DNA of 64,000 bases from Octopus bimaculoides (lineage: Eukaryota): contig NC_068984.1 of the NCBI RefSeq assembly GCF_001194135.2, positions 56,963,708 to 57,027,707 of the forward strand, in the 5' to 3' direction. This document shows, piece after piece, positions 12,831-25,632 of the stretch; positions within the stretch are counted from its first letter, which is position 1, and every line of letters starts with the position of its first letter. The translations under genes were made by a program, and so were the position numbers. The notes under the pieces were generated by a model. That model was given only the letters and a program-made list of their open reading frames with translations. It was not told the DNA's origin and did not search any database.

Positions 12831-12875
12831 TGCTTGTGTTTATGCATGTGTGTGTGTGTGTGTGTGCGCGCGCAT

Positions 12876-12906
<31 letters not shown>

Positions 12907-13374
12907 TGTATATGTGTGTGTGTGTGTGTGAATGATTGAATCAGTATGACATGGTCTCAGATCCTTAAAAGTAGGGAGTAACTCTGAATAACCTGAGCTG
13001 TGACAAGTCATTTAGTTTATACTAACATGGAAAAGTAGATGTGAAATTGATGTTGATTACATATATATATATAATGAAATACAATAATTCTGAGTTCTTA
13101 ATTAGTATCAAGCAATTAAATAGTTTTAAGTGCATTTTTAAGTGATATCATCCAGCCCCTCAGCAACTGTACCTTTGTCTGTCTCTGTCTCCTCCTTCCT
13201 TTTCTCTCCCCTGTCTCTGTTATACATACACACTTTGCTCACTTATCCTATTGTGTATATCTCTTCCCCCACTTGTGTGTGTGCATGCACACAATAACAC
13301 ACAACACACTATCGTCTGTTTTATGCTTGTTATAAAGAACAGAACATAAGCAGCTAATTATCTTTTTATTGCAG

Positions 13375-13447
13375 ATTTTTATCAACTTTTAACTGGTTCC
13401 AGCATAATTATAACCAAATTCAAGGGTTCACAGCAAAAATATGTTAT
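13375..13447 (+). CDS. Weak candidate exon (phase 1-2: yFYQLLTGSSIIITKFKGSQQKYVi)
   Basis: Good acceptor tatctttttattgcag|, moderate donor gtttgt; bridges 9135 (phase 1) and 18394 (phase 2). Confidence 0.25.
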
Positions 13448-14329
13448 GTTTGTCATAGTGTCAATATGAAAGTACATAGCTTATCATGACATTATAGAAC
13501 TTCCTTAGAAACTTCTATATCTTTGTAAAAATATAATCTTATCATTAAAATTTTACTTAGACTATATGTTACAAACTAGATATGTTCAGAGATTATGTAA
13601 GTGCATATTAATTATTGATATGGCTAGTGTTAGTGAGGAAACGCATTCATAAAATGTACCCAAGGGAAACTGAACGACACAAAAACATATTTGCTCATAG
13701 TCTGTGAATGCATAAAAGGAAGTGATGATACATGGTGCAGATTACACTATGTGTAATTGGTTGCTTAGCGAGAGGAATGACTAAGGTTAAAAGGCAAATA
13801 AACTAGACAGTGAATTGTCAGAGATATTAGAGGATCACATGAAATGTCTTGCAATGCTTTTTTGTTACCTAGGATGGTGGACTGGTGGAAATGTTAGACT
13901 GTTGAATGGGATGCTTTGCAGTGCTTGTTCCATCGTTTTGCATTTTTGTCTTAGCTTACTTGTTCAAATCCTGTCTTAGCTTGCTTGTAGACTTAATCCA
14001 TTGCCCTCTTTAACACCACCTGGTCCTTGGTGCCTTTAGTGATGATGTCCACTTGTTGCAAGCATTCAGGCCATGTGTCTAATTTGCTCCTTCCTTCCAT
14101 TCTACCACTATTGGAAGGTCTTTAAAGAGCTATGGTCACTGCCTCTTCTTCTGACTAAAAGATAAAAATAATAACCATGGGTCAGTAAGCAGTTGGAGAA
14201 ATGTATAAGCATAGGTAAAATATAATTATTGTTGTTTAGATCCAAGTCATCTCTGAACAGACCTATGACCAAAGGCATACCAGCTATGACCATTCCATCT
14301 TTGGTTATAGTGTACCTAGAGGTCCCTTC

Positions 14330-15090
14330 AGAACATAAAGACGGACGAAATGCCGCTAAGCATTCTGCCCACTTGCTGCCTGAATAATGGTTTCAAATCT
14401 TGGCTCAAGGTCAGCAATTTTGAGGAAGGGTCAAACTCATTTACATCAACCCCAATTCTCAACTGGTACTTATTTTATCAACCATGAAAAGAAGAAAGGC
14501 AAAGTTGACCTTAGTGAAATTTGAACTCAGAATATAAAAGTGGACAAAATGTCATTTAGCATTTTTCTTGCTGTGCTAACAATTCTGTGAGCTCGGGGCC
14601 TAAATAATAATGATTTCTTTTATAACAATAATAATGATCCTTTCTACATTGAGCACAAAGCCTGAATTTTGGTGGGAGGAGGCTAGTCAATTATGAGACT
14701 TCCAGTGCTTCATTGGTACTTTTTATATCAACTCCAAAAAGATGAAGGGTAAAGTTGGCTTCAGTGGAGTTTGAACTCAGAGCATAAACCAGAAGAAAGA
14801 TTGCTAAGCATTTTATCTGGCATGCTGATGATTTTACCAGTCTGTCGCCATTATAATAATAATAATAATAATAATAATATTAATAATAATAATATTGCTT
14901 CAAATTTTGGCACAGGGTCAGCAATTTCAAGAGGATGGGTGGAGCTTAATCAATTTCATCAACTTAGTACTTTATTTTATGGGCCCTGAAGATATGAAAG
15001 GTAAAGTTGACCTTGCTAGGGTTTGAACTCAGAACATAAACTGTCAGAATAAATGCTGTATAGCATTTTTTCTGATGCTCTAATAATGAT
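14330..15090 (-). mobile_element. Cluster of three to four SINE family 2 copies
   Basis: Repeated ctggtacttatttt...gaaaggcaaagttgacc...tttgaactcaga blocks separated by (TAA)n. Confidence 0.7.
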
Positions 15091-15282
15091 TCTACCAATC
15101 CACCATCACCATCACTATCATCATTTAGCATCCGTTTTCCATACTAGCATGGACTGGACTGTTTAACAGGAGCTGGCAAGGCTGGGAGTTATCCAGGCTC
15201 CATTGTTGGATGCCCTTCTTAATGTCAACCACTTTACAGAGTGTACTGGGTGTCTTTTTACATGGCACCAACATGGGTGATT

Positions 15283-15347
15283 TTCACATGGCACTTGCAC
15301 ATGTGCTTTTCACATGGCACTTGCACATGTGCTTTTCACATGGCACT
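15283..15347. repeat. 26-bp tandem repeat, about 2.5 copies
   Basis: ttttcacatggcacttgcacatgtgc repeated within a dispersed repeat. Confidence 0.85.
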
Positions 15348-15469
15348 AGCACTGACAGTGTTACCAAGTGCCTTGCAAAAAGACAAAAGAGAAAGCAAAA
15401 ACCCCTGGACTGGGAATGGGGAGAAATGTTGAGGGATGAGTGGCTTTGTGCCAGTTGAGAGATTAAACA

Positions 15470-15830
15470 CAAAGGTAGGAATCTTGCTGTAAATACATGG
15501 ATTACCCAGTTGGAAAAGAAAGGAGAGTGAGTTAAAAAGTAAGACAAGATAAAAAGAGTGGTAGTGTGAGAAATATAGTGAAGATGTGTTGGGACATGCC
15601 TTTGAAGGACTTTGGGGTTGGTGAGGATAGGTGAAGTGATACAGAGCTTTGGACTGGGTGAGTGGGCAGAATAGAGGTGACTATAGCAAATGATGGAAAG
15701 AAATGCAAGAGAGGCTTGGGGGCAGGGGTTGCCGTAGATATGTGAGGGCAGGATAGGTGATGAGAAGCAAGTGAGTTGTGACAGTTGGTAGAGGAAGGCA
15801 ATCATAAATGGAAGTGGTTCGGGGTGGGGA
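15470..15830 (-). mobile_element. Degraded LINE 3' fragment (L2/CR1/Jockey-like)
   Basis: The - strand translation LLHFFPSFAIVTSILPTHPVQSSVSLHLSSPTPKSFKGM loosely resembles the SFFP..WN.LP...FK end of these ORF2 proteins. Confidence 0.35.
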
Positions 15831-15914
15831 AGAAAGGTAACTGAGAAAGCTGGGGCATGTAATATGTGCCTATGTTGTTTTCAGGTGATAGAGAAGTGAT
15901 GGGTGTTAAGGGTA

Positions 15915-16051
15915 TAATAATAATAATCCTTTCTATTTTAGGCACAAGGCCTGAAATTTGGGTGATATAGATAATTGATTACATTGACTCCAGTGTTTCA
16001 CTGGTACTTAATTTATCAACCCCGAAAAGATGAAAGGCTAACTCGACCTCG

Positions 16052-16086
<35 letters not shown>

Positions 16087-16087
16087 G
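15915..16087 (-). mobile_element. SINE family 2 copy flanked by (TAA)n
   Basis: aatcctttctattttaggcacaaggcctgaaatt...tgaaaggctaactcgacctcgg. Confidence 0.75.
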
Positions 16088-16259
16088 CATGAATAATCCA
16101 TAATGCAACATGAATTTATTCACTATAAGTTTCAGCAGTATCCACTACAGAGTTAGTTGTTTATAAGGGTATTCATAACAACAACAGCAGGTAGTAATTG
16201 CAGTATCTTTTATAAATTCAAACATTTCTATTGTCAATTTAATACAAGGTAATTTACAT

Positions 16260-17748
16260 AGTTATTGCATTCTTCTCTTACTAACACACAATATTATCAA
16301 TGTGATATCTGCAACGTTTCAATATTCTTAAGTGTGATCACATAATACAGAATATTCAAGTGAATCATATCTTTCTATGGGTTTTTTAATGTAAGTAGAT
16401 TGATGCAGCACAAAGGCAATAAATGGTTCAATATTTTGTAGTATTTGATCAGGTTGTTATATAGGTGCTTCATCAAGAATCAGAATAGACAAGTCAAGGT
16501 AATTTGGGGGAATATTAATATTTACAGTTGAAGCACTCACATAATAACTAACCTCAGCTTGAGTGTCTCCTGATTGGACCAGGTCACTTATTGTTGCTGT
16601 TTCTTCTCAATCACTGGAAACATGAATGTCAGTATACTGGAAGCTCCAATAGGCTAACTTCTTCAGCTAAAAGTGTTGCCTTTTTAACCAAAGTACATCC
16701 TATCAGAACCTTTCCAAGCAAGGAAAGACAAATTGCCATGTTCATTTCTGTAGTTTTTTTCAAGTAATGGCAAAAAGATGCTCGTGGGTTGTTGGGTTTG
16801 TAGATATAAACAATATGAATCAAAATAACATGATGGATTGAGTAAAACAGATTCTTGCATAGGGATAAATAGGTTTTCAGGTTTTTAGTTAATGTTGATA
16901 TCATGTGTTCCCAGATGATACTAATGTAATGTTTGCACTGCCTATTTTTGGTGGGGTGATATAGGAGCAGGTGACTAGTTGAGATACTCCTGCTAAGTAA
17001 AAAAAAAAAAGACTTTTTTTTCAATATTATTGGCAAAATAAGTGAAATAAAGTACAATTATAGATGGACCATAAGTCCCTTTAATGAGAAGTTTATATTT
17101 TCTCAATATCATTTGTAGTAATAATAATTTTTTATTAAGGTCATACATCAGCAGGTAGAATGTTGTCAATGAAATCAACCCCAGAATATATGTGATATGT
17201 ATTTTATTGAGCCCAAAAGGGTAAAAGACAAAGCCAACATTGTCAGAATTTGCATTTAGAAAGTATAACAGTGGTATTAAATAATGTAAATAAAACATTT
17301 AATCTAGCACCTTACCAGTTCTACTTCTCCATCCTTTTGCTGTCATTCTAAATTTGCTTTATTTAAAGTCTGTGGTGATAACATCAACCGTATATAGATA
17401 AATCAAGTCTACATGAACTCTTGTAACATAATTTAATGGTGGGGTGGTAGAGTCTGGAATTCTTTTTTGTTTTTGTTTTGCAAGTTGCTTTCTGAAGTGG
17501 CAGGTTATTGTTTGTTGTAAGCCTGCGATAGGAAAGGTTGCAATTATTAATTTAAAGGTGTAATTCTGGAGCGTACAGTGAGTCTTGCCATCAGGAGTCT
17601 GGAGCTTTTATTATCATTAAAGGGAGAATAAAACAGTCTATTCAGAAATAGTTGGTCATCTGTTGTGTAATTGTGACTGCTACTGCATAGAGATAAACTC
17701 CCAGTGAACCTGGCTTTGATTCTTGGTTGACATTTACACTGATAATAA
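16260..17748 (-). pseudogene. Two interrupted exon-like blocks (17748-17316 and 16989 to about 16260); protein unidentified
   Basis: Poly-T acceptors at 17749 and 16990/16993 and donor ACTG|gtaagg at 17315. The phase-1 junction reads ...FRMTAKGWRSRTG|VSQLVTCSYITPPKIGSANITLV. Several stops and frameshifts. Confidence 0.35.
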
Positions 17749-18393
17749 CTTGAAAAAAAAAAAAAATGTATGTCACAAATTCTTTAGTACTCATATTGTT
17801 AATACCTAAGAAAAGTATGCATATCACAGATTCTCATTTTCTTCTCTAATCATGATGCTGGGGCCGTATGTAAAATATCTAATTTTGTTGAAAATCAATT
17901 CTGTCCTGAATCCAGTAGTAAAATTTGTTTTGTATTCAAGCCTCGCTTTTTTACCCCAATAAATGCAAAAATGTTGTGTTATGGTGGATACTATCTTTTG
18001 AAAAGCTTTAACATGTTAAATGAGAGCTCTTCAGAATTTGAACCTTAATGAATTTTTCTATGACATAGCACAAAAGTGAGTTGACACATCACTGATGAAA
18101 TGCCACTACTGATTTTAATAAAATCAGTTTTACTCTTTTTTTTCTTTTTTTGTTTTTTTTCCTTCCTTTTTTGGTTTTTTTTTAACTATTGAGATCAGGA
18201 TTCTATTGCTAAATTTCGATGTTTTATCATATGCTGAAGACTCAACACTTTTTATAAGTTACTCTATTTAATGGCATATAAGATGTATGTAATGTAAGCA
18301 AGACCTTTCCTCATTTCAATAGGGAGTATTCAGTGTTAGATTTGATTGAATTTAAATATTTAAGGTTTATTGAAATATGTAGCTTCTTTATAG

Positions 18394-18472
18394 AAGGAAA
18401 ATGTTAATGCAAAGCAGCAAACAAGACATCAAGAAAATTCATTTGAATAACATTGAGTTGATACTGTTGGTT
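18394..18472 (+). CDS. Candidate exon (phase 2-0: RKMLMQSSKQDIKKIHLNNIELILLV)
   Basis: Acceptor gcttctttatag|, only one frame open, strong donor GTT|gtgagt at 18473. Confidence 0.4.
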
Positions 18473-18655
18473 GTGAGTGTGAATACAAATTTTTGGTGTA
18501 CAATGATAGATGGCATCAGAATCAGGTAATGATGGTAATGAATTTTAACATTACTATTTCTCACCATTCCCCAAATTTCAGGTTGTTTCAAAAGCTAATG
18601 AATGTTTTCAAGTTTAAAAAAAGAATAAAATAAGTATGAGAGCTGAGACATAGTT

Positions 18656-18896
18656 TCTAAGAGTTGCAATTTCAGCAATAGGTATGACTTAGTTTTTTAG
18701 CAATTTAGTATTGCCTGAACAAAAATTAGTCTCTGGACAACTAGATAAATTATTGATTCCTTTTTTTTAACTGAAGTACTGATGACAACAACAGTGCTGC
18801 CACCATCATCCATGTCGTCTGCAGGACACTTTTAGTTCAATATGAGAGGCAAAACAGTACACTCTTTGTACGACACATGCAGCGCACACTTTCATA
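18656..18896 (+). repeat. About 240-bp local duplication, copy 1
   Basis: Aligns by eye to 21135-21377 with about 11 substitutions and 3 small indels. Confidence 0.9.
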
Positions 18897-19989
18897 CAAT
18901 CTTCACCCAATAAAATTACTCACTCAATGCATACTCTACATTGGCATAAAGACCACCTACAATGGTCTTTTGTGACATTTTTGCATGGTGTACTCAAAAC
19001 ATAATAGCTTAGTATTAAAATGATGTAATATAATATTTAGATTCAACTCCAATATATTTTTTATGATTTGTTTAGTGTAATGTATGACATACTCTGTACC
19101 ATATGCAATATTTGTGAAATTATTCTTTTAGTAATGTGTTCCAGTTTATGATAAGCAATGTGTGATAGGATCCACTCTCCAAAATTTGCTACAGAATAAT
19201 ATAACACAGCTTAAACACACTGCCATCTTAAAACAAGGGCACACTTAGCAGTTGCCTAGAGGCTTCATGGGTCTAAGGCACTCAAAGTTAATCTTATACA
19301 ACTCACATTCTGTACAATTGCCACTCAATGATATGACACAAAATCACACAGGCCATAGTCTGTGCAATTACCAACTGACACTAAAACACATAATACAACT
19401 TACATTACACATAAAAAACATAATCACCACCTAGCAAAAACAGGAACTTCAAAAAAAACGACTGATATTGGACATATTGGTTTCAAATTTTGGCACAAGT
19501 TCAGCAAGTTTGGGGTTTACAATTAAAAAGGATAATCAGAACCAATTTAAATGATTTAGTGGAGTAGCTGACAAATTTTGAAGTAAACAAATGAGTCTAT
19601 CAAAAACAACTAAAAATATATACAAAGACAAGTGTACATTACAAAGGTTCATGTGAAAAGAGCAAAAATGTTCAGATTTATAAAAAAAGCAATGAATCAA
19701 GTATATACATATAAGAGAAACTATCCAAAAGCTTTCAATTATCTCTCATCTATCATAAATCTCTATAGCTATCTTCCAGATAATAGGGAAACACAATATT
19801 TTTTAGATCTTGTTAGTAAGACCATCTGGAAAAGCAATGACATTCTGGTAAACAAAGCCAGGATAAATCCTGTGGCTGTATCAAATTAGCCATTCAGTAT
19901 TTACATGAACCAGCCGTGACTTAAACAAGAATACTTTACACAACTGAGAATAGTTTTCAACATCAGGCAGAAAATCCACGGAACCCATC

Positions 19990-20111
<122 letters not shown>

Positions 20112-20390
20112 TTACATTTTGGTGTGCAAGTATGTTGTACCTTCCAAATTTTGGTCTCATGACAATATCCAGGAAGTAAGGCATAGCAAATTTCAGCCGG
20201 CTTTTATCACAGTTGTTGAAATGTGCACACACCCATATGTCAGTGCATAGCCAAGGAATTATTTAGTATTAAAACTAATACTGCTAAGATTTTCAGTGTA
20301 TGAATGCCCAAGTCTGGCTCTAGACCAACTGTCTTAAGCACAGAGTCTACCAACAATGGGCGGTTTGTCTGTTATTATTATAATGGGAAA

Positions 20391-20597
20391 GGTGGCAAGC
20401 TGGCACAGAGGGCAAAATGCTTAACAGTATTTCATCCGCCTTTACGTTCTGAGTTCAAATTCCACCGAAGTTGACTTTGCCTTTGATCCTTTTGGACCAG
20501 TGGAACACTGAGGTCAATGTAATTGGCTAGAACCCTCCCCAAATTTCAGGCCTTGTGCCTATAGTAGAAAAGATTACTATTATTATTATTATTATTA
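20391..20597 (+). mobile_element. SINE family 2, near full length, (TAT)n tail
   Basis: Head ggtggcaagctggca...gttctgagttcaaattcc (B-box-like); a second partial copy lies at 20830-20970. Confidence 0.8.
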
Positions 20598-21134
20598 GAA
20601 ATAAAGTAAAATGAAATAAATCTTTATCATAATGTTTCTAACTATATTTTATGCAAGTTTCTACATACACCACCAGATGTACATCTATGTTCTTGAGGCA
20701 TGACATTTTATAATGTAAAATTGTGTTTGAATGCTAAAGCTTTGATTTTTATTTATTTATTTGCATACTTTATTTTGTTTAATGTAATATCACTTCAGTG
20801 TTTTATCTATAATATGTTCAATATGAGTTAAGGTGGCAAGCTGGTAGAATGGTTAGTATACTGGGTAGAATACTTAGCAGCATTTCATCTATCTTTATGC
20901 TCTGACTTCAAATTCCACTGAGGTTGACTTTGCCTTTCATCCTTTTGGGATCAATAAAATAAGTACCAGCTCTTTTCATATGAACTTATGTAATGTACAT
21001 TTGTCTTTGTATATATTTTTAGTTGTTTTTAATAGACTCATTTGTTTACTTGAATTTTTGTCAGCTATTCAACTAAATCATTTAAATTGGTTCTGATTAT
21101 CCTTTTTATTTTCTGTAAATTTCTTTGATGGATA

Positions 21135-21377
21135 TCTAAGAGTTGCAATTTCAGCAATAGGTATGACTTAATTTTTTAGCAATTTATTGTTGCCTGAACA
21201 AAAATTAGTCTCTGGACAACTAGGTAAATTATAATGATTCCTTTTTTTTAACTGAAGTACTGATGACAACAACAGTGCTGCCACCACCATCCATGTCATC
21301 TGTAGGACACTTTTAGTTCAGTATGAGAGCCAATACAGTACACTCTTTGTACGACACACACAGCACACACTTTCATA
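21135..21377 (+). repeat. About 240-bp local duplication, copy 2
   Basis: See 18656-18896; ends in (TA)n and an N-gap. Confidence 0.9.
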
Positions 21378-21419
21378 TATTTCACTTTTATATATGTATA
21401 TATATATATATATATATAT

Positions 21420-21628
21420 NNNNNNNNNNNNNNNNNNNNNNNNNNNNNNNNNNNNNNNNNNNNNNNNNNNNNNNNNNNNNNNNNNNNNNNNNNNNNNNNN
21501 NNNNNNNNNNNNNNNNNNNNNNNNNNNNNNNNNNNNNNNNNNNNNNNNNNNNNNNNNNNNNNNNNNNNNNNNNNNNNNNNNNNNNNNNNNNNNNNNNNNN
21601 NNNNNNNNNNNNNNNNNNNNNNNNNNNN
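21420..21628. other. Assembly gap
   Basis: N run. Confidence 0.99.
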
Positions 21629-21823
21629 GGTCGTGGTGAGAGGGATAACTCCCTTGGCAAACAGGACACAGTCGTGTGTCGATAAGCCAGCTGGAGGAGA
21701 TGTCCTCCTGGGGCTAAAAGCAACAGTAACATCCACCCCTAGGGGTCAGCCACACTTAAGTGGCAATATACTACACTTTATCGTGCAGTTACTGTTAATA
21801 CTTCATTTAGAGAATTAACATTG

Positions 21824-21857
<34 letters not shown>

Positions 21858-22616
21858 GCCTAATATTTTGTATATTTTCCTCCATGTAGAGATAAGCATA
21901 TTTAATCAGTTTATGTTTGTCTAAAAGACAATGAATGTTTGGCTGGTTTTCTTGAAGTAATAAACATGTAGTTTTATTCAGGTTACCTAATTAGTTTTCA
22001 ATGGGAAAAAGCAGTAGAGACATAATGCTAAGGAAGTAACATGGATGAGTCGTATATGTTGAGTTAGGCCAAAAGATATGTAAATACATAAAATACAACA
22101 AAAATAATTCATTTAAAATCATTGTTGAACAGCATTTACTGAAGAAGTTTTTTAAAAAAGAAAAGAATGATAAATTCTCTGAAATGACATAACATTCTAC
22201 ATAAGTTGTTGTTTAACCTCAGTTTTATCCTAACTGATCTGAACTATGATCAAAAAGGATTTCATCTGTGACGACTCTATCTTTTTTGGAGTATCACCTG
22301 AATTGCACTGTTTAGTGTACTCTTTCCTTATTTAAGGTAGCTAAGCATGTTTTTTAAGGAAGATTTGGCTGATATTTATAATTTGTTGGTTAAATTCACA
22401 GAAGCTCTCATCTCATTCTACATAAATTGTCTTTGAATGTGGTATATGGCTGTATAGTTAAGAAACTTGCTCCCCAGCCATGTAGTTTCAGGTTCAGTCT
22501 CACTGCATGGTGAATGGCAACTGTGAAAGGAACTGTTTGTGTCTGTGTATATGTGTACATACATACATATATACATACATAAATAAATGTTGTGTGTGTA
22601 TATATANNNNNNNNNN

Positions 22617-22724
22617 ATGCCGGAGCTAAGAGCTATGATGCATTCTCATTGGCTATTATGACAATAGATGCTCCAATTGTCATAATAGCCGATGAGAATG
22701 CATCATAGCTCTTAGCTTTGGCAT
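22617..22724. repeat. Near-perfect hairpin, 49-bp arms and 10-nt loop
   Basis: 22617-22665 is the reverse complement of 22676-22724 with 3 mismatches. Confidence 0.9.
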
Positions 22725-22759
22725 TTGAAACTCTGAGTCCTATTATGACAACTTACTGT

Positions 22760-23050
22760 TTGTAAAAATCATTTGCCAGTGATGATTTATGTCCCCACCA
22801 AGAAAGTGCCACTTTCATTGCCTTAGTGATCTGAAAGTCATTAACGAATTTCAAAATAATTGTTGTTGTGCAAGACTGTGAATTATTTTGGAAATATTCT
22901 GTTAAGGCTGAGTCTATAATAGATAATTTCATTAATATAACCATGACTAATTTGCATATTATTTGCCGCTTCATGAATTGTCACTAGTCTGTTCAAAGAG
23001 AACCATATCACAGACATATTCAATGTTGTTGTCATCACAAGATGTGGTTG
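22760..23050 (-). mobile_element. Internally deleted mariner transposase relic
   Basis: NRLVTIHEAANNMQISHGYINEIIYYRLSL resembles the mariner second HTH (RRVTI.EIA..L.IS.G...II...L); DFQITKAMKVALSWW...NDFYKQ resembles the C-terminus. Confidence 0.65.
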
Positions 23051-23359
23051 GGCTTCTGGTATTTTCCTTGTTGCAGGTACCATCATAAGGGTGTGCTTTT
23101 CATCTACCTGTAGGTATTTGTAACATTCCTCATCAGATATCAGAGAAACAGTCGAGATTTTGATGGAAATGCTGCTCATCTGATTTACAGTTCTCCCTTA
23201 TTTCACAATCATATAAGAACATTTATCTTGCCCAAATTTCATTATTATTTCCTTCAAGAATGTTGTAACCAGGTTAAAGCTCTTATTCATTGCATGTATG
23301 TATATGTATACTTGTGTGTGTGTGTGTGTGTGCATGTATGTAAGCTGAGTACAGCAGAT

Positions 23360-23757
23360 ACTCTTTTACTTGTTTCAGTCATTTGACTGCGGCCATGCTG
23401 GAGCATCACCTTTAGTCGAGCAAATCGACCTCAGGACTTATTCTTTGTAAGCCTAGTACTTATTCTATCAGTCTCTTTTGCCGAACTGCTAAGTTATGGG
23501 GATGTAAACACACCAGCATCGGTTGTCAAGTGATGGTGGGGGGGACAAACACAGACACACAAACACACATACATATATATATATACATATACATATATAC
23601 AACAGGCTTCTTTCAGTTTCCATCTACCAAATCCACTCACAAGGCTTTGGTCGGCCCGAGGCTATAGTAGAAGACACTTGCCCAAGGTGCCATGCAGTGG
23701 GACTGAACCCAGAACCATGTGGTTGGTAAGCAAGCTACTTACCACACAGCCACTCCT
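23360..23757 (-). mobile_element. SINE family 1, full length
   Basis: High identity to 9897-10290. Confidence 0.85.
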
Positions 23758-24739
23758 AATTAGTTTAAGTGACATAAAAAAAGGATTTCAATCACAAATG
23801 AAATAAATATGACTGAAAGCTTACTTCAGGTGATGATATGACACTAAGTCAATGTATTCAGAGAATTTAATGAAATCTGTGAAGTGTTGCCTTAAATACA
23901 ATGATGTATCAATAATTACCTGAGTGGACTATAACACAAGCAATATATTTTTCTCATATTCAGTTGATAGAAACAATTGACTATAGAAACTTGATAATGA
24001 AGAAAAAGTGAGAAAAACATTGTAAAGGGCTTGAATCATTAAAGGGAATATTCTCTTAATATCAAAGTAATGCATTTTGTTTTCAGCATAATGTGTAATT
24101 GAAGTTGAAACAAAATCGAGCTGAAATTTAGAAATAGCATTATAATTTTCCTTGAAAAAAATAATAAACTTTTTAAAATTATTTTTTGTGTTATATCATT
24201 TAAGAAATTGTATTTAAACTGTTTCCTCAATATTTTCTATTTATTGTATTTTTCCAGTATATTTTATACATCTTTAATTTTTTTCCTTTGTGAAAGGAAC
24301 ATCCACATCTAAATTTAGAAAATACTGTTTTGGTTGTATATATATAATACTTTGACTTGTTTAAATTATGGAGCCAACAGTCTGCATTTTAGATTCTTTG
24401 GGTTCTTTCTATGCAGAACCTACTTTAATGAGGGTGGCTTAGCAAAATTTTGAAAATCTGGCATTTCAGGCGGCTGGAAATACCTAATTAATAATGTAAA
24501 TATCTCACTATCAACTGAACTGTTACTATATCTTATCTATGATGAAAGATTAATTGCCGTGTGTATTGAAGTACTGAGCTAAACACAAGAATGAAGAGGT
24601 AAAGAAGACCTTATCAAATTGGTAAGGGACAGAAATTTAAATATGGTAGAAAATTGATAAAAATTAGGACCCTACCCAACTAATATATCGTGATTTTCAT
24701 ATTTTAGCTGCTTTACTTATACAGTTATGTCATACAGGT

Positions 24740-25112
24740 GGAGGTGCAATGGCCCAGTGGTTAGGGCAGCAGACTCGTGGTCGCAGTTTCAATTCCCAGA
24801 CAAGGTGTTGTGAGTGTTTTTTGAGCAAAAACACCTAAAAGGCTCCACGAGGTTCTGGCAGGGGGTGGTGGAAAACCCTGCTGTACTCTTTTACCACAAC
24901 TTTCTCTCACACTTTCTTCCTGTTTCTGTTGTACCTGTATTTCAAAGAGCCAACCTAGTCACACTTTGTGTCATGCTGAATATCCCCGAGAACTACATTA
25001 AGGGTACATATGTCTGTGAAGTCCTCAGTCAATGCACGTTAATTTCATGAGCAGGCTATTCTGTTGATTGGATCAACTGGAACCCTCATCGTCATAACCA
25101 ACAGAGTGCCAC
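24740..25112 (+). mobile_element. SINE family 3 (tRNA-like head)
   Basis: tggcccagtggttagggcagcagactcg...gtttcaattccc; matches 3548-3927 inverted. Confidence 0.8.
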
Positions 25113-25214
25113 TATGTTATACAGACACAAACAGAATGCTTATGACTGAGTGCTTAGGCTATTGGACTATTAACATAAAGAATGCAACTTTAATGTCTGC
25201 TTCTAGAATTGATT

Positions 25215-25632
25215 GAGTTTATTATTATGGAAGCAAAGCTCAGGTTTGGTCTTATTCCTGGTAGGATTTATTTGGGTAGCAGGTGACTATCTGTAACCTT
25301 AGGTATCCACATGTTTTTGGCAGTCTTTTAAGTGCTTAGAACCCTCCTGATAATCCTTGCTGTCCCTAAGAGGCAACCTTTCTGTAGGAGCTCTACTGGG
25401 CATTCTATTTCAATCTCTTTCAGTCATTTGTCTATATCTTGGCTTACTATTCCCAACGCATCAATTATTATAGTCACAACCTTTACTGTTTGTATGCTCC
25501 AAATTCTTCCTATTTCAAACTTTAAGGAATTGTATTTTCTTTCTTTTTCTTCTTTCTTTGTGATCCTGGAATCAAATGGGCATGATAGGTCAATAAGTAA
25601 GCAACATCACTTGTCTTTATCTATGATTGTAA
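25215..25632 (-). mobile_element. 3' end of a non-LTR retrotransposon with a restriction-like endonuclease (R4/Dong-like; related RLE clades not excluded)
   Basis: The - strand reads IIDKDK*CCLLIDLSCPFDSRITKKEEKERKYNSLKFEIGRIW...VVTIIIDALGIV...LLQKGCLLGTARIIRRVLST*, carrying the D..P.D...KE.EK..KY..L motif, followed by a short (TAA) tail. Confidence 0.8.

Noticed and set aside
15283-15347. Direct repeats resembling a CRISPR array (also 27390-27476, 40366-40427)
   Set aside because: Head-to-tail with no unique spacers, at most three units, no cas genes, eukaryotic context.
16629-17057. 142-aa ORF as a stand-alone gene
   Set aside because: Starts in an intron-like poly-T/acceptor region; the splice-compatible and more protein-like readings are in other frames.
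20391-20470. tRNA-like sequences (also 24745, 30330, 50605)
   Set aside because: A/B-box heads that continue into SINE bodies; no complete cloverleaf.
23095-23145. ISDEECYKYLQVDE resembling the non-LTR RT YKYLG motif
   Set aside because: Too short to call as a separate element.
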